Positions 46,123-55,579 of a stretch of 64,000 nt of DNA are shown piece after piece. Position numbers and translations under genes: made by a program. Numbering within the stretch: position 1 is the first letter of the stretch; each line of letters opens with the position of its first letter. The DNA comes from an uncultured Halobacteriales archaeon (lineage in GTDB: Archaea > Halobacteriota > Halobacteria > Halobacteriales > SKSH01), in the NCBI GenBank assembly GCA_964579125.1, contig CAZOFG010000002.1, forward strand, positions 4,891 to 68,890, written 5' to 3'. Under the pieces are notes generated by a model. It worked only from the letters and a program-made list of their open reading frames with translations, searched no databases and was not told the origin of the DNA.

Positions 46123-46656
46123 TTAAAACTCGTTAGGTGTTACCGGTTCGTCCTTCGGGCGGGCGAATCGGCCCTGACAGGTGATGTCGTGATCGACGAA
46201 CGTGGCCTCGTCCAACGCGTCACCACCTTCGAAGTCAAACGTCGCGACGAACGGTTCGGCATCGAGGACATGTGGCACCCAGAGGTGGTCGTCGGGCCAC
46301 ATTTGATCGTACGGGAGTGCGTCCTGTGGGACCCATTCGGGTCTGGCTTCATCCGATGGCGCCGCCTCGCCAGAGTACTCCGAGGTTCGGAATACATGGA
46401 CGAACATCTGGGGCTCAGCATCATGTCGGAACGTCAGCTCACCGATCTTCGAAGGGTTCGAAATGTCGAGATGGACTTCTTCCTTGACTTCGCGTTTGAT
46501 CGCCTCGGTGGGCGTTTCACCGGGCTCAACCTTGCCGCCCGGGGCGTTATACAATCCGCTACCGAGCCCACGGCGCTTCTCGATCAGCAACACTTCCCCC
46601 TCCGAGCAAATGAAACACAGCGTCCCGATGTCCATGTACGAGCGAGTAGTACCCAC
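46123..46656 (-). CDS. NUDIX hydrolase (MutT-like)
   Basis: Nudix box GGKVEPGETPTEAIKREVKEEVHL. The track start is GTG. An ATG at 46635 is the alternative. Confidence 0.8.
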   Translation of the reverse strand: MGTTRSYMDIGTLCFICSEGEVLLIEKRRGLGSGLYNAPGGKVEPGETPTEAIKREVKEEVHLDISNPSKIGELTFRHDAEPQMFVHVFRTSEYSGEAAPSDEARPEWVPQDALPYDQMWPDDHLWVPHVLDAEPFVATFDFEGGDALDEATFVDHDITCQGRFARPKDEPVTPNEF

Positions 46657-46663
46657 CGCCGTG

Positions 46664-47164
46664 TTAGGCGTTACCGTCGCCAGTCAGGCCGCCCGGTGTC
46701 ATCTGCCAGTCCCAGCCCGGAAGTCGGGTCTGCACACCGGCCGCAATGGCCGCCTCGAGGTCGTCGACACCGGCGGGTTGGTCCGGTCGATGGTGGCCGA
46801 TATCGGCGTAATGGAATGTCGCCTCGGCGAGTGTTCGAAGCGGTTGGCCACCTGCGATGGCACTGGCGAGTTCTCGTCCTAGCACCTCGTCGACGATGAA
46901 TCCAGGGTAATCTGCAGGGACGTCGAGTTGGCTCAAAAGCTTCACCAACGCCGAAACGTTCACCGCACGATCCTCCTCGGAGTAGATCGCATCGATAGTT
47001 CGGCGATACTGACCGCTCGAAATCGGTGAGACTTCCGTCTCAAACTCAGATGCAAGCTTCGACCGAACCTCGTTGATCAGGGGTACTTCCGTTCGATGGT
47101 GACCGCGCATCCACCGGTGTGTATCGGTGACGGTTGCCGGCGTAATGCGAATCGTGCCATCCAT
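46664..47164 (-). CDS. conserved hypothetical protein
   Basis: 166 aa with plausible composition. Strong TATA 26 nt upstream. No family recognised. Confidence 0.55.
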   Translation of the reverse strand: MDGTIRITPATVTDTHRWMRGHHRTEVPLINEVRSKLASEFETEVSPISSGQYRRTIDAIYSEEDRAVNVSALVKLLSQLDVPADYPGFIVDEVLGRELASAIAGGQPLRTLAEATFHYADIGHHRPDQPAGVDDLEAAIAAGVQTRLPGWDWQMTPGGLTGDGNA

Positions 47165-47185
47165 GAAGGCAACCGTTTGCGAAGG

Positions 47186-47195
47186 CTTTTATAAC
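47186..47195. promoter_or_regulatory. near-palindromic TATA box (CTTTTATAAC)
   Basis: 26 nt upstream of ATG 47164 (minus strand). It is the only strong TATA in the 225-bp spacer ahead of aCPSF1. Confidence 0.35.
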
Positions 47196-47389
47196 GTCCG
47201 GGGGAAGTACAGGATAACCGGGTTCTCGCGGGCATTAGGCCCTTCACCGGCGGCACCATCGCCCACCGGTCAATCGATTGGCGAGAATCCACCGCTACCG
47301 TTGCGCCGTTCCAGCTTCGGACGATTCCCGATGATGCGACCGATTGAGTCCACTGCCGAGCATCGATCCATTCCACGTGATTACGGAGT

Positions 47390-49312
47390 ATGAGCAAAGT
47401 CGACCAACAGCTTGATGACATCCACGCGAAGATTCGCGACGAAGTACCGCCTGAGATCTCGATTTCGTCGGTGACCTTCGAAGGCCCGGAACTCGTTATC
47501 TATACCCGTGATCCAAAGGCCTTCGCTAGCCAGGATGACCTCATCCGCTCACTGGCAAGCGACCTCCGCAAACGGATAACGGTCCGACCAGATCCGGAGG
47601 TGTTGATGCCCCCGTCGGAGGCCGAAACGCGCATCAATGAGGTGATTCCGGACGATGCCGGCGTCACCGATCTGGCGTTCAACGAGGAAATCGGCGAAGT
47701 ATTGATCGAAGCCGAAAAGCCCGGTCTCGTCATCGGTCGTCACGGCCAAACCCTCCGAGAGATAACTCAGTCGGTTGGGTGGACGCCGGAAGTAGTGCGA
47801 ACGCCCCCAATCGAGTCGGCGACCGTGAGCAACGTTCGTGACTTCCTGAAACACGAACGCGATGAGCGCCGGGACATCCTCGAACGGGTCGGTCGACAGA
47901 TTCATCGGGAGCTGTTGAGCGATGAAGAGTGGGTTCGCATCTCGACGCTTGGGTGCTGTCGCGAGGTCGGCCGCGCCGCCTTCATTCTCTCCACGCCCGA
48001 TACCCGTATTCTCATCGACTGTGGCGATAAGCCCGGAGCTGAGGGAGAGGTGCCCTACCTCCAGGTCCCAGAGGCGAATCCGATCAACAGCCTCGATGCC
48101 GTCGTGTTAACCCACGCCCACTTGGATCATAGCGCGCTCGTCCCGCTGTTGTACAAGTATGGGTACGATGGCCCGATCTATACGACCGAACCAACCCGCG
48201 ATCTGATGGGGCTCCTACAACTCGATTACCTCGATGTGGCGGCGAAGGAGGGTCGCACGCCGCCATACGATTCCGCGATGGTGCGGGAAACGATCAAGCA
48301 CACCATCCCGATCGAATACGGTGACGTCACCGATATCGCCCCGGATGTCAAGCTGACCTTGCACAACGCCGGCCATATCCTCGGGAGTGCGGTCGCACAC
48401 TTTCATATCGGTGAGGGGCTGTACAACGTCGCCTTCTCCGGCGATATTCACTACGAGGAGACTCGCCTGTTCAACGGGGCCGTGAACGATTTCCCGCGGG
48501 TTGAGACGCTCGTTATGGAGTCGACCTATGGCCGTCGCGGCGATCATCAGACCGACCAGGAGGAGAGCGAACGCGCACTCAAAGAACTCGTTCGCGGTAC
48601 CGCCAAACGCGGCGGGAAGGTGTTGATCCCGTCCTTCGCGGTCGGGCGATCCCAGGAGTTGATGCTCGTCCTTGAGGAAGCGATGCGCGAAGGTGACATT
48701 CCGGAGATCCCCGTCTATCTGGATGGAATGATCTGGGAAGCGACAGCCATCCACACCACGTATCCTGAGTACCTCCGGGATGAGTTGCGCGATCGGATCT
48801 TTCATGATGACGAGAATCCGTTCCTCGCGGAGCAGTTCCACCACGTCGACGGCGGCGCCGAGCAACGCCAGGAAATCGCCGATGGCGACCCGGCAATCAT
48901 CCTCTCGACCTCGGGGATGATCACCGGCGGTCCCATCATGTCCTGGCTCGATCTGCTGGGCCGTGATGAAACGACGACCCTCGTGTTCGTCGGCTACCAA
49001 GCAGAGGGGACCCTCGGACGGCGTATTCAGAACAATCGTCGCGAGATCCCCCTGTCCGGCTCAGGCGATCGTGATGGCCGAAGTCGAACGCTTCGCCTCG
49101 AACTCGATGTGGCGACGGTCGATGGCTTCTCCGGACACGCCGATCGGGATGGATTGATGAATTACGTCCGGACGATGAACCCCCGTCCGGAGAAAGTCCT
49201 GTGCGTCCACGGCGACGAATCGGCGACGCAATCGCTCTCGTCAGGGTTGTACCACGAATTCAATATGCGAACCTTCGCTCCCCGCAATCTCGAGACGTTT
49301 CGCTTCCTCTAA
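47390..49312 (+). CDS. beta-CASP ribonuclease aCPSF1 (KH domains + metallo-beta-lactamase + beta-CASP)
   Basis: 640 aa. N-terminal KH-like region, HAHLDH metallo-beta-lactamase motif, beta-CASP region, C-terminal VHGDE. Confidence 0.9.
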   Translation: MSKVDQQLDDIHAKIRDEVPPEISISSVTFEGPELVIYTRDPKAFASQDDLIRSLASDLRKRITVRPDPEVLMPPSEAETRINEVIPDDAGVTDLAFNEEIGEVLIEAEKPGLVIGRHGQTLREITQSVGWTPEVVRTPPIESATVSNVRDFLKHERDERRDILERVGRQIHRELLSDEEWVRISTLGCCREVGRAAFILSTPDTRILIDCGDKPGAEGEVPYLQVPEANPINSLDAVVLTHAHLDHSALVPLLYKYGYDGPIYTTEPTRDLMGLLQLDYLDVAAKEGRTPPYDSAMVRETIKHTIPIEYGDVTDIAPDVKLTLHNAGHILGSAVAHFHIGEGLYNVAFSGDIHYEETRLFNGAVNDFPRVETLVMESTYGRRGDHQTDQEESERALKELVRGTAKRGGKVLIPSFAVGRSQELMLVLEEAMREGDIPEIPVYLDGMIWEATAIHTTYPEYLRDELRDRIFHDDENPFLAEQFHHVDGGAEQRQEIADGDPAIILSTSGMITGGPIMSWLDLLGRDETTTLVFVGYQAEGTLGRRIQNNRREIPLSGSGDRDGRSRTLRLELDVATVDGFSGHADRDGLMNYVRTMNPRPEKVLCVHGDESATQSLSSGLYHEFNMRTFAPRNLETFRFL

Positions 49313-49327
49313 TTCCGGAACCCCTCA

Positions 49328-50137
49328 TCATTCGCCCGTTTCTGCCGGATCGGTGACGGTCCCGGATGCGTGATCGATGCCACGTTGCTCACACAGGTCC
49401 GCCATCGGGCAGGTATCGTCCTCGTCGAGACACGCGGGCCGTTGCGCTGTACAGTACTCCCGGCCGAATTGAATCGAGGCGGTATGTCCGAAGCCGCACT
49501 TCTCGGCGGGGACCTCCTGTTCCAGGATGGTTCGGACCTCCTCGTGATCCGCGTCGGGGGGTGCGACCCCGAGTCTCCGATAGATCCGATGAACGTGGGT
49601 GTCGACGGGAAAGACGCCCTCACGTCCGCCCGCAAACAGCAACACGCAATCAGCCGTTTTCGGCCCGACACCGCGGACGGACAAGAGGGTGTCTCGAACC
49701 TGTTCAGGCTCCTCGTCCTTTACGAAGGTATCGAACGCTGTGGCGGAGCCGAATTCCTCGAGCACCCACTCGGCGGCATCCGCGATGACCTCTGCCTTTT
49801 GATTGTACAGGCCCGCCGGTTGAATCGTGTCTGCGAGTTTCGAACGCTCCGCGAGAGCGAGGGATTCCGCGAGATCGATTTCAGGTCCATCGTATCGGTC
49901 ACATAAGGCATCGAAGGCTGGCTGACTCGCTTTGTCGCTCGTGTTCTGGCTCAGAATCGTCCGGACGAGACATTGAAACGCGTTCTGGCCGCCATATGTT
50001 TTCTGCCAATACAACTCCCCGAGCCGGTCGACGACCGATTCGGCTCGGGTCTCGGCCTTCGCGGGATCGAACGAGGCATCGATCCCCCCGCCCGCGGCTC
50101 CGCCGCTAATGTTGACTGCGGGTTCCTCCTCAGTCAT
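49328..50137 (-). CDS. nth: endonuclease III-like HhH-GPD DNA glycosylase with Fe-S loop
   Basis: HhH LLSVRGVGPKTADCVLLFA, catalytic-region VDTHV, and a four-Cys cluster CTAQRPAC...C....C. Confidence 0.85.
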   Translation of the reverse strand: MTEEEPAVNISGGAAGGGIDASFDPAKAETRAESVVDRLGELYWQKTYGGQNAFQCLVRTILSQNTSDKASQPAFDALCDRYDGPEIDLAESLALAERSKLADTIQPAGLYNQKAEVIADAAEWVLEEFGSATAFDTFVKDEEPEQVRDTLLSVRGVGPKTADCVLLFAGGREGVFPVDTHVHRIYRRLGVAPPDADHEEVRTILEQEVPAEKCGFGHTASIQFGREYCTAQRPACLDEDDTCPMADLCEQRGIDHASGTVTDPAETGE

Positions 50138-50162
50138 CGGCAGAATCCAACGATCGCCACAG

Positions 50163-50579
50163 TCAATTCGTTACCGATATCGTCACGTGAAGGTCGGCGC
50201 CATTTGCGAGTGCATCGATCAACGATCCCGATAGATCCGCTGCGGCTCCATCGCATGCGATCGCAACCGTCCGATCATCCACATATTCGCTCGTGCGCCA
50301 GACGGCGCTACGGGGGCTGGAAAACGAAAGGCGGGGATCTCCGCGCCCTTCAATGGTCTCCTCGATGTCAGCTGTCGCGAATGTCGTTGTAATCGTTGCC
50401 GATTCATCCCGACAGGCATCAACGAACGACGATCGAAATCCGGTTGGTGCCTTCGTCGCGTCGATTCCGATAATACAATCGCCAGCCGGGGTGAGATAGT
50501 CGTCCGTGGTCACCTCGAGCGTTGACGTGTGGGCCCCGTGGACGTGTTCGTGTCCGCACGCCCGAAACTGCTCTTTCAT
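50163..50579 (-). CDS. DUF371 domain-containing protein
   Basis: ACGHEHVHGAHTSTLEVTTDDYLTPAGDCIIGI. ATG 50577-50579 lies 26 nt from the TATA GGTTTTATG (50601-50609). Confidence 0.7.
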   Translation of the reverse strand: MKEQFRACGHEHVHGAHTSTLEVTTDDYLTPAGDCIIGIDATKAPTGFRSSFVDACRDESATITTTFATADIEETIEGRGDPRLSFSSPRSAVWRTSEYVDDRTVAIACDGAAADLSGSLIDALANGADLHVTISVTN

Positions 50580-50663
50580 GGTATCGCTCAGTCCGTCGGC
50601 CATAAAACCGGGCGGGGGTCGCCTTCGAAAGCGGTATTGAGCCCCGTCCATCCAACCTATGCA

Positions 50664-52556
50664 ATGGACGTTCAGTGGCGCGCTGCTCCATTGGAGCAGT
50701 CACACGTCGAGGCCCGTCCGGAACCCGGGTTTTGGTCACCCGTGTCCGTACCCGGTCGGCCGGCAGGGTTTGCCGATGCCGAGGCCGTCGCCTATCGGAC
50801 CACCTTTCCAGATCCGCGAGAGGATGCTGACGAGGCCGTGTTTCTGTCGCTACACGGTGGTCCCGGCCCAGTGACGATCTGGTGTAATGAGAAGCGTCTC
50901 ACTCGATTTCGATGGCCGCATCGCCGTCGCATCTTCGAGCTCCCAAGTCTTGAAGCGGAGAACGAAGTCGTCATCGTCTGTGAGCGCCCAACCGATCGGT
51001 TTCGGGGCGCGTTTGCCCTCGAGTCGCTCGCGCCTGACCGCGGCATCCCAGCACCATGGTGGGAACTCGGATTGACGCACGCGACGGGTCCGCATCTCCT
51101 TGCACTCGATTGCCATCCGAAGGTGACTGCGAATACTGGCCGTGTCGATCTCGAGGCGCTCATTTGGCGGCCCGAAGAAACGACCGCCTCCGTCACGATA
51201 TCGGGTCGCCCGGCAGGCGGCCGTGGTGCCGGGACAATGGAGCGAGCGACTGTCCCATCGTCGTCAACTGGGGGCAGCACTACCGTGAGTGCGTCACTTG
51301 CGTTCGATGAACCAACCAAGTGGTCCCCACGACCGGACCCGTCACCCGCAAGATACGTGATCAGAGCAAAGCTCGGGGACTCCGCCCGCTCCCAAACGGT
51401 TGGGTTTCGGACGCTGTCCCTCGCGGACGGCACCCTCTCGGTCAACGGTGATCCCGTCCCGCTTCGGGGGGCGTGGGTGTTGCCGGGTGATCCGATCGAC
51501 ACGATGGTTGAGCGAGCCTTGGAGGCAAATATGACGGCCCTGCGGGTCTATGGCCACGTGGCCCCGCCAGCGCTGTATGCGGCGTGCGCAGAGGCGGGAT
51601 TGCTCATCTGGCAGGATCTCCCGCTTTCCGGTCCAGGGGAGGTTCCGGTCGAACCGGCAACGGCGATGGCCAACTCCGTGGCAGATGCGATTTCTGGTCG
51701 TCCAGCAGTAGGACTCGTGTCGGTACACGACGAGCCAGTTGAGGTCGTGAACGACCCACTGGGTGACGGGCTACTCGATCGCCTTCGATTGCGATGGCGC
51801 GCGTTTCGGGCGACCTATGACAGCGATCGCCTCGCTCCGATCATGGCCGAATTCGAGGAGCACTGTCCGACCATCCCTGCCGTCGGTGGTCCGGGTGTCG
51901 GAACCGATGCTGGGAGCCGATACCCAGGAGTGTACTACGGTGAGCAGGCCACCCCGGAGGCCATCTTGGATCGATATCCGGTGGAGATGCTCGCGGCGAC
52001 GGGCGCACCAGCCGCGGCCCCGGACGCCGAGACGCTCCCAGCGGCGTGGCAGCGGGTATTCGAGCGGGCTGCTGTCGAGTCAGCATCCGCATCACGGGCA
52101 TACCAACGCCGCTTGGTGCGACGGACGCTTGAAGTTGCTCGCCGTCGAGGGATCACCACGACGTTTGTGCGAAGCCTCGTTGATGAAGCGTCCACTGGTG
52201 GGTTCGGCTTGCGTGGTACAGATGATACAGCAAAACCCGCATGGGAGGCGATCCGTCACGCGTTTGAACCCGTGCAAACGGTCTTGACGGACCCATCGGT
52301 GGGGGCGGAATCGTCAGTCGTCGGGTTGAATGATACCGGTGAATCGGTCGATGTCCGCGTGACGGTCGCCCTCGAACCCGAGTCACGCACCTTCGAGGCC
52401 GGGATTCCACCACAGTCCTCGACCGAACTTGGAACGGTTTCGATCCCGACTGGCGTCGACGCCGTTGAGCTGAACACCGAGGTTGCATCCGATGAGGTTC
52501 GAAACCGCTACCGGTTCGCCGGTGGCGAGGGAGGTGACCCCGAAGCGTCGAATTGA
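50664..52556 (+). CDS. glycoside hydrolase family 2-like protein
   Basis: 630 aa. FRTLSLADGTLSVNGDPVPLRGAW...ANMTALRVYGHV...GLLIWQDLPL follows the GH2 (beta-mannosidase/galactosidase-like) pattern. No signal peptide seen. Confidence 0.65.
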   Translation: MDVQWRAAPLEQSHVEARPEPGFWSPVSVPGRPAGFADAEAVAYRTTFPDPREDADEAVFLSLHGGPGPVTIWCNEKRLTRFRWPHRRRIFELPSLEAENEVVIVCERPTDRFRGAFALESLAPDRGIPAPWWELGLTHATGPHLLALDCHPKVTANTGRVDLEALIWRPEETTASVTISGRPAGGRGAGTMERATVPSSSTGGSTTVSASLAFDEPTKWSPRPDPSPARYVIRAKLGDSARSQTVGFRTLSLADGTLSVNGDPVPLRGAWVLPGDPIDTMVERALEANMTALRVYGHVAPPALYAACAEAGLLIWQDLPLSGPGEVPVEPATAMANSVADAISGRPAVGLVSVHDEPVEVVNDPLGDGLLDRLRLRWRAFRATYDSDRLAPIMAEFEEHCPTIPAVGGPGVGTDAGSRYPGVYYGEQATPEAILDRYPVEMLAATGAPAAAPDAETLPAAWQRVFERAAVESASASRAYQRRLVRRTLEVARRRGITTTFVRSLVDEASTGGFGLRGTDDTAKPAWEAIRHAFEPVQTVLTDPSVGAESSVVGLNDTGESVDVRVTVALEPESRTFEAGIPPQSSTELGTVSIPTGVDAVELNTEVASDEVRNRYRFAGGEGGDPEASN

Positions 52557-52728
52557 CCGCGCGAGGGCCAGTCGGTACATTTATCACCGATCTCGGGATA
52601 TATGAGAATACGAAGCGGTTCAGTAAGGCGTATCGCTCGACGAACAGTATGATCATCAGACCGACGCTCACGACCGGCTGCTTTTTCTTCCCGACAGGAC
52701 GCTTGCTTTTCGATGGACGTCGGTATCG

Positions 52729-53625
52729 ATGGCGACTTCATCCATGGCAGAAGTAACAGACTACATCACGGTATCGGAGGACGAATTGCAAACAGAATCA
52801 AAGGGCGAGTTGATCAAGACGGCGGGAAAATTACGAGATCGACGAAACGAGTTGAACCAACTGGCGGCGGAGCGGGCTTCTAAACGGGACGAACTCAACG
52901 AAAAGACCAGAGAACTCGTCGACCAGGCCCAAGAGCACCGCCAAAAACGGGACGAACTCAACACCCTCGTTCAGGAACACAAGGAACAGCGGAACAAACT
53001 CAACGAGAAGGCTAACGAACTCTACGACAAGGTCGACGAGATGAAGGATGAGATGGAACTCGAGGACGGTGAGGATCTCGAGTCGTTGAACGAGGATATC
53101 GAGGAGCTCGAGTTCAAACAACAGACGGAAGTGCTCTCCGCCGAGGACGAACGCGAACTCATCGAGGAAATCGAGGACAAACGCGAGGAGTATCGACGCC
53201 GCAAGGAAAAACTCGAGCAACACGACGACATCGATGAGTACGCCGAACGCGCCGAACAGGTCCGCAACGAAGCGAGTAAGCACCACGAAAAGGTGACGAC
53301 CCTCGCCGATCGCGCCCAAGAGCACCACAATCAAATGATCGCCGCCTATCGCGAGGCCGACGAAGTCCGTGACGAGGCCGACGAAATGCATGAGAAATTC
53401 GTCGAGGCGCAGGAGGCGGCCGATCACCACCACGAGGAGTTCGTGAAGGTCCAAAAACGGCTCCGAGAATTGGACAAGGAGGAAGAAGAGGAACGCCGCG
53501 CAGAGCGCGACGAAGAGCGCGAAGAGGCCCGTGAGGAGGCCGAGGAGATCTACCAGAAATTCAAGGAAGGGGAGACGTTGGACACCGAGGACCTGATGAA
53601 GCTCCAAAAAACGGGGCTGCTTTGA
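52729..53625 (+). CDS. charged coiled-coil protein (conserved archaeal type)
   Basis: 298 aa, almost entirely K/E/D/R-rich heptad sequence with repeated KRDELNEK-type units. An alternative ATG lies at 52744. Confidence 0.75.
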   Translation: MATSSMAEVTDYITVSEDELQTESKGELIKTAGKLRDRRNELNQLAAERASKRDELNEKTRELVDQAQEHRQKRDELNTLVQEHKEQRNKLNEKANELYDKVDEMKDEMELEDGEDLESLNEDIEELEFKQQTEVLSAEDERELIEEIEDKREEYRRRKEKLEQHDDIDEYAERAEQVRNEASKHHEKVTTLADRAQEHHNQMIAAYREADEVRDEADEMHEKFVEAQEAADHHHEEFVKVQKRLRELDKEEEEERRAERDEEREEAREEAEEIYQKFKEGETLDTEDLMKLQKTGLL

Positions 53626-53662
53626 TCGGCGCCGGTCACTGCTGAGCGACGGGCAGGTAGGC

Positions 53663-53668
53663 TTTTTT
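53663..53668 (+). terminator. T6 tract after the coiled-coil gene
   Basis: 38 nt after the stop. It is also centred 29 nt upstream of GTG 53695, so it may double as a T-rich promoter element. Confidence 0.3.
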
Positions 53669-53694
53669 GTACGACCCTCGAAGCGACAGATACC

Positions 53695-54849
53695 GTGACC
53701 ACGCTTGTGGTCTGTGTCGACCGAACGAACGAAATCGGCCGGAAAACCGGGACCGAATCCCCAGTCACTGGTACCGAAGCGATCCGCGACCTCGTGCTGG
53801 ACCTCGGCCTCGCCGATCCGGAGGATTCGGGCGTGAACGCCCTGTTAGAGACACTTCGGATCGCGAACGATTTGGAGGCCGAGGGGCGGTCGGCTTTACC
53901 GGTGGCCGTCGCTGGAGCGAGTGATTCGATGGTCGGCGCCGACCGGTCGGTCGCCGACCAACTCGATGCGATCAAGGCGGAACACGACCCCGACTCGGCC
54001 ATCGTCGTTATCGACAGCGCGCAGGACGAACGCCTCGTCCCGATCGTCGAGAGCCGGCTGCGGGTGGACTCGGTCGATCGTGTGGTCGTGCGCCAGGCGC
54101 GCGATCTCGAGTCGACGTATTACCTGCTCAAACAGTTCCTTGCCGACGAAGAACTCCGCCAGACGATCCTCGTTCCACTCGGCATCACGTTGTTAGTCTT
54201 CCCGGCCATTTCGGTCGTCGCCGGGATGGCCGTCGCCCTGGCGACGATTACCGCCGTTATCGGCGTGTTCTTGTTATACAAGGGAATCGGCGTCGAACGG
54301 TATCTCGGCGAAATCGGTCGGTGGGCACGACAATCGCTGTATTCCGGGCAGGTCTCGATCGTCACGTATGTAGTCGCGTTGGGCCTGTTGGCGGTCGGCA
54401 TGATCGTTGGCGCACTCGCCGCAAGCGAGATACCGACCGAAGAGGGGTATCTGCTCATGACAATGCAGTTTCTTTTCGATAGCATACCGTGGATCGTGGG
54501 GGCCGGATTGACCGCGTCAGCGGGGCGGCTGCTCGATCTGTTGATTCAGGAGGAACGCATCAGGCTGTCGTATCTCAACTTGCCATTCATCGTCCTGGCC
54601 GTGGGCCTCGTTTTGCGAGGGTTCACGGGGTATCTCCTGGCACAGGGTGATTTGCTCGCTCCGCTCGAGACACCTGAGTTGAACTTCGCCGTGGTGACGA
54701 TCGATTCGTTCATCTTGAGCCCGGCCGAGCGGCTGGTGATGTTCGTCCTGTCGGGGATCCTTGTGGCAGTGATCGGTGTCCGTATCGCGACGTATCTCAA
54801 CGAACGAGTCCCGTACGATAGTGACGTCGCCGAGGGGCGATCTTCCTGA
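53695..54849 (+). CDS. DUF373 family membrane protein
   Basis: Soluble N-terminal domain LVVCVDRTNEIGRKTG...PVTG followed by about 7 TM helices. GTG start. 384 aa. Confidence 0.7.
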   Translation: MTTLVVCVDRTNEIGRKTGTESPVTGTEAIRDLVLDLGLADPEDSGVNALLETLRIANDLEAEGRSALPVAVAGASDSMVGADRSVADQLDAIKAEHDPDSAIVVIDSAQDERLVPIVESRLRVDSVDRVVVRQARDLESTYYLLKQFLADEELRQTILVPLGITLLVFPAISVVAGMAVALATITAVIGVFLLYKGIGVERYLGEIGRWARQSLYSGQVSIVTYVVALGLLAVGMIVGALAASEIPTEEGYLLMTMQFLFDSIPWIVGAGLTASAGRLLDLLIQEERIRLSYLNLPFIVLAVGLVLRGFTGYLLAQGDLLAPLETPELNFAVVTIDSFILSPAERLVMFVLSGILVAVIGVRIATYLNERVPYDSDVAEGRSS

Positions 54850-54850
54850 G

Positions 54851-55579
54851 ATGAGCGGACGCTGGGCCTGCCTGTTTTCGGGCGGGAAGGACTCCTATCT
54901 CGCCTATCGAGCGGCTCAAGAGGCCGGTCACGCCGTCGAAGAGATAGTTACTGTCGATGCCCCGCATGGATCATATCTCTACCACGCACCCGCGACGGCA
55001 CTCACGCCGATGATTGCGGAAGCACTCGGGTGCACGTACGTGAGCCTCGAGCTTGCGGCGTCGGAGACACCGGAGGCCGCTGACAGTGGTGCCGCCTCGC
55101 GCCAAGAACGCGAGCCGCTCGATCGTTGGCTTGCCGAGGCGACAAGTCGGTCCGAGGCGCCCATCACTGGGCTTGTCGCCGGCGTGGTCGACAGTGAATA
55201 TCAATACGAGCTGCTTCACGATCTCGGGGACACGTACGACATCGACGTGTTCACGCCGCTATGGCATCGCACCGGTGCTGACATTCTCACGGCGGTGGAG
55301 CGCAACGATATCGCGGTCGACGTCGTTGCAGTCGCCGCTGAGGGGCTCGATGCGAACTGGCTCGGAAGACGGTTAGATTCCGCGGCGGTCGAGGAGCTCC
55401 TTGCGCTCGCAAGCGAGTACGGACTCCACCCGGCCGGGGAAGGCGGGGAATTCGAAACGGCCGTCGTCAATGCACCACGATTTGCGAATCCGATCAGGTA
55501 TGAGGCCTCACCGGTCTGGGAAGGCACACGCGGTCATCTCGAAATCGAGACGGTTGAACCGGCCATCACCGATCGGTAA
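54851..55579 (+). CDS. dph6: diphthine--ammonia ligase (Dph6-like PP-loop ATPase)
   Basis: ACLFSGGKDS PP-loop, GEGGEFET motif. ATG 1 nt after the upstream stop. 242 aa. Confidence 0.75.
   Translation: MSGRWACLFSGGKDSYLAYRAAQEAGHAVEEIVTVDAPHGSYLYHAPATALTPMIAEALGCTYVSLELAASETPEAADSGAASRQEREPLDRWLAEATSRSEAPITGLVAGVVDSEYQYELLHDLGDTYDIDVFTPLWHRTGADILTAVERNDIAVDVVAVAAEGLDANWLGRRLDSAAVEELLALASEYGLHPAGEGGEFETAVVNAPRFANPIRYEASPVWEGTRGHLEIETVEPAITDR

Noticed and set aside
47165-47389. A possible C/D-box sRNA in the aCPSF1 upstream spacer, based on GATGATGC at about 47328.
   Set aside because: There is only a degenerate C-box-like hexamer. No matching D box (CTGA) occurs at a suitable distance and there is no terminal stem.
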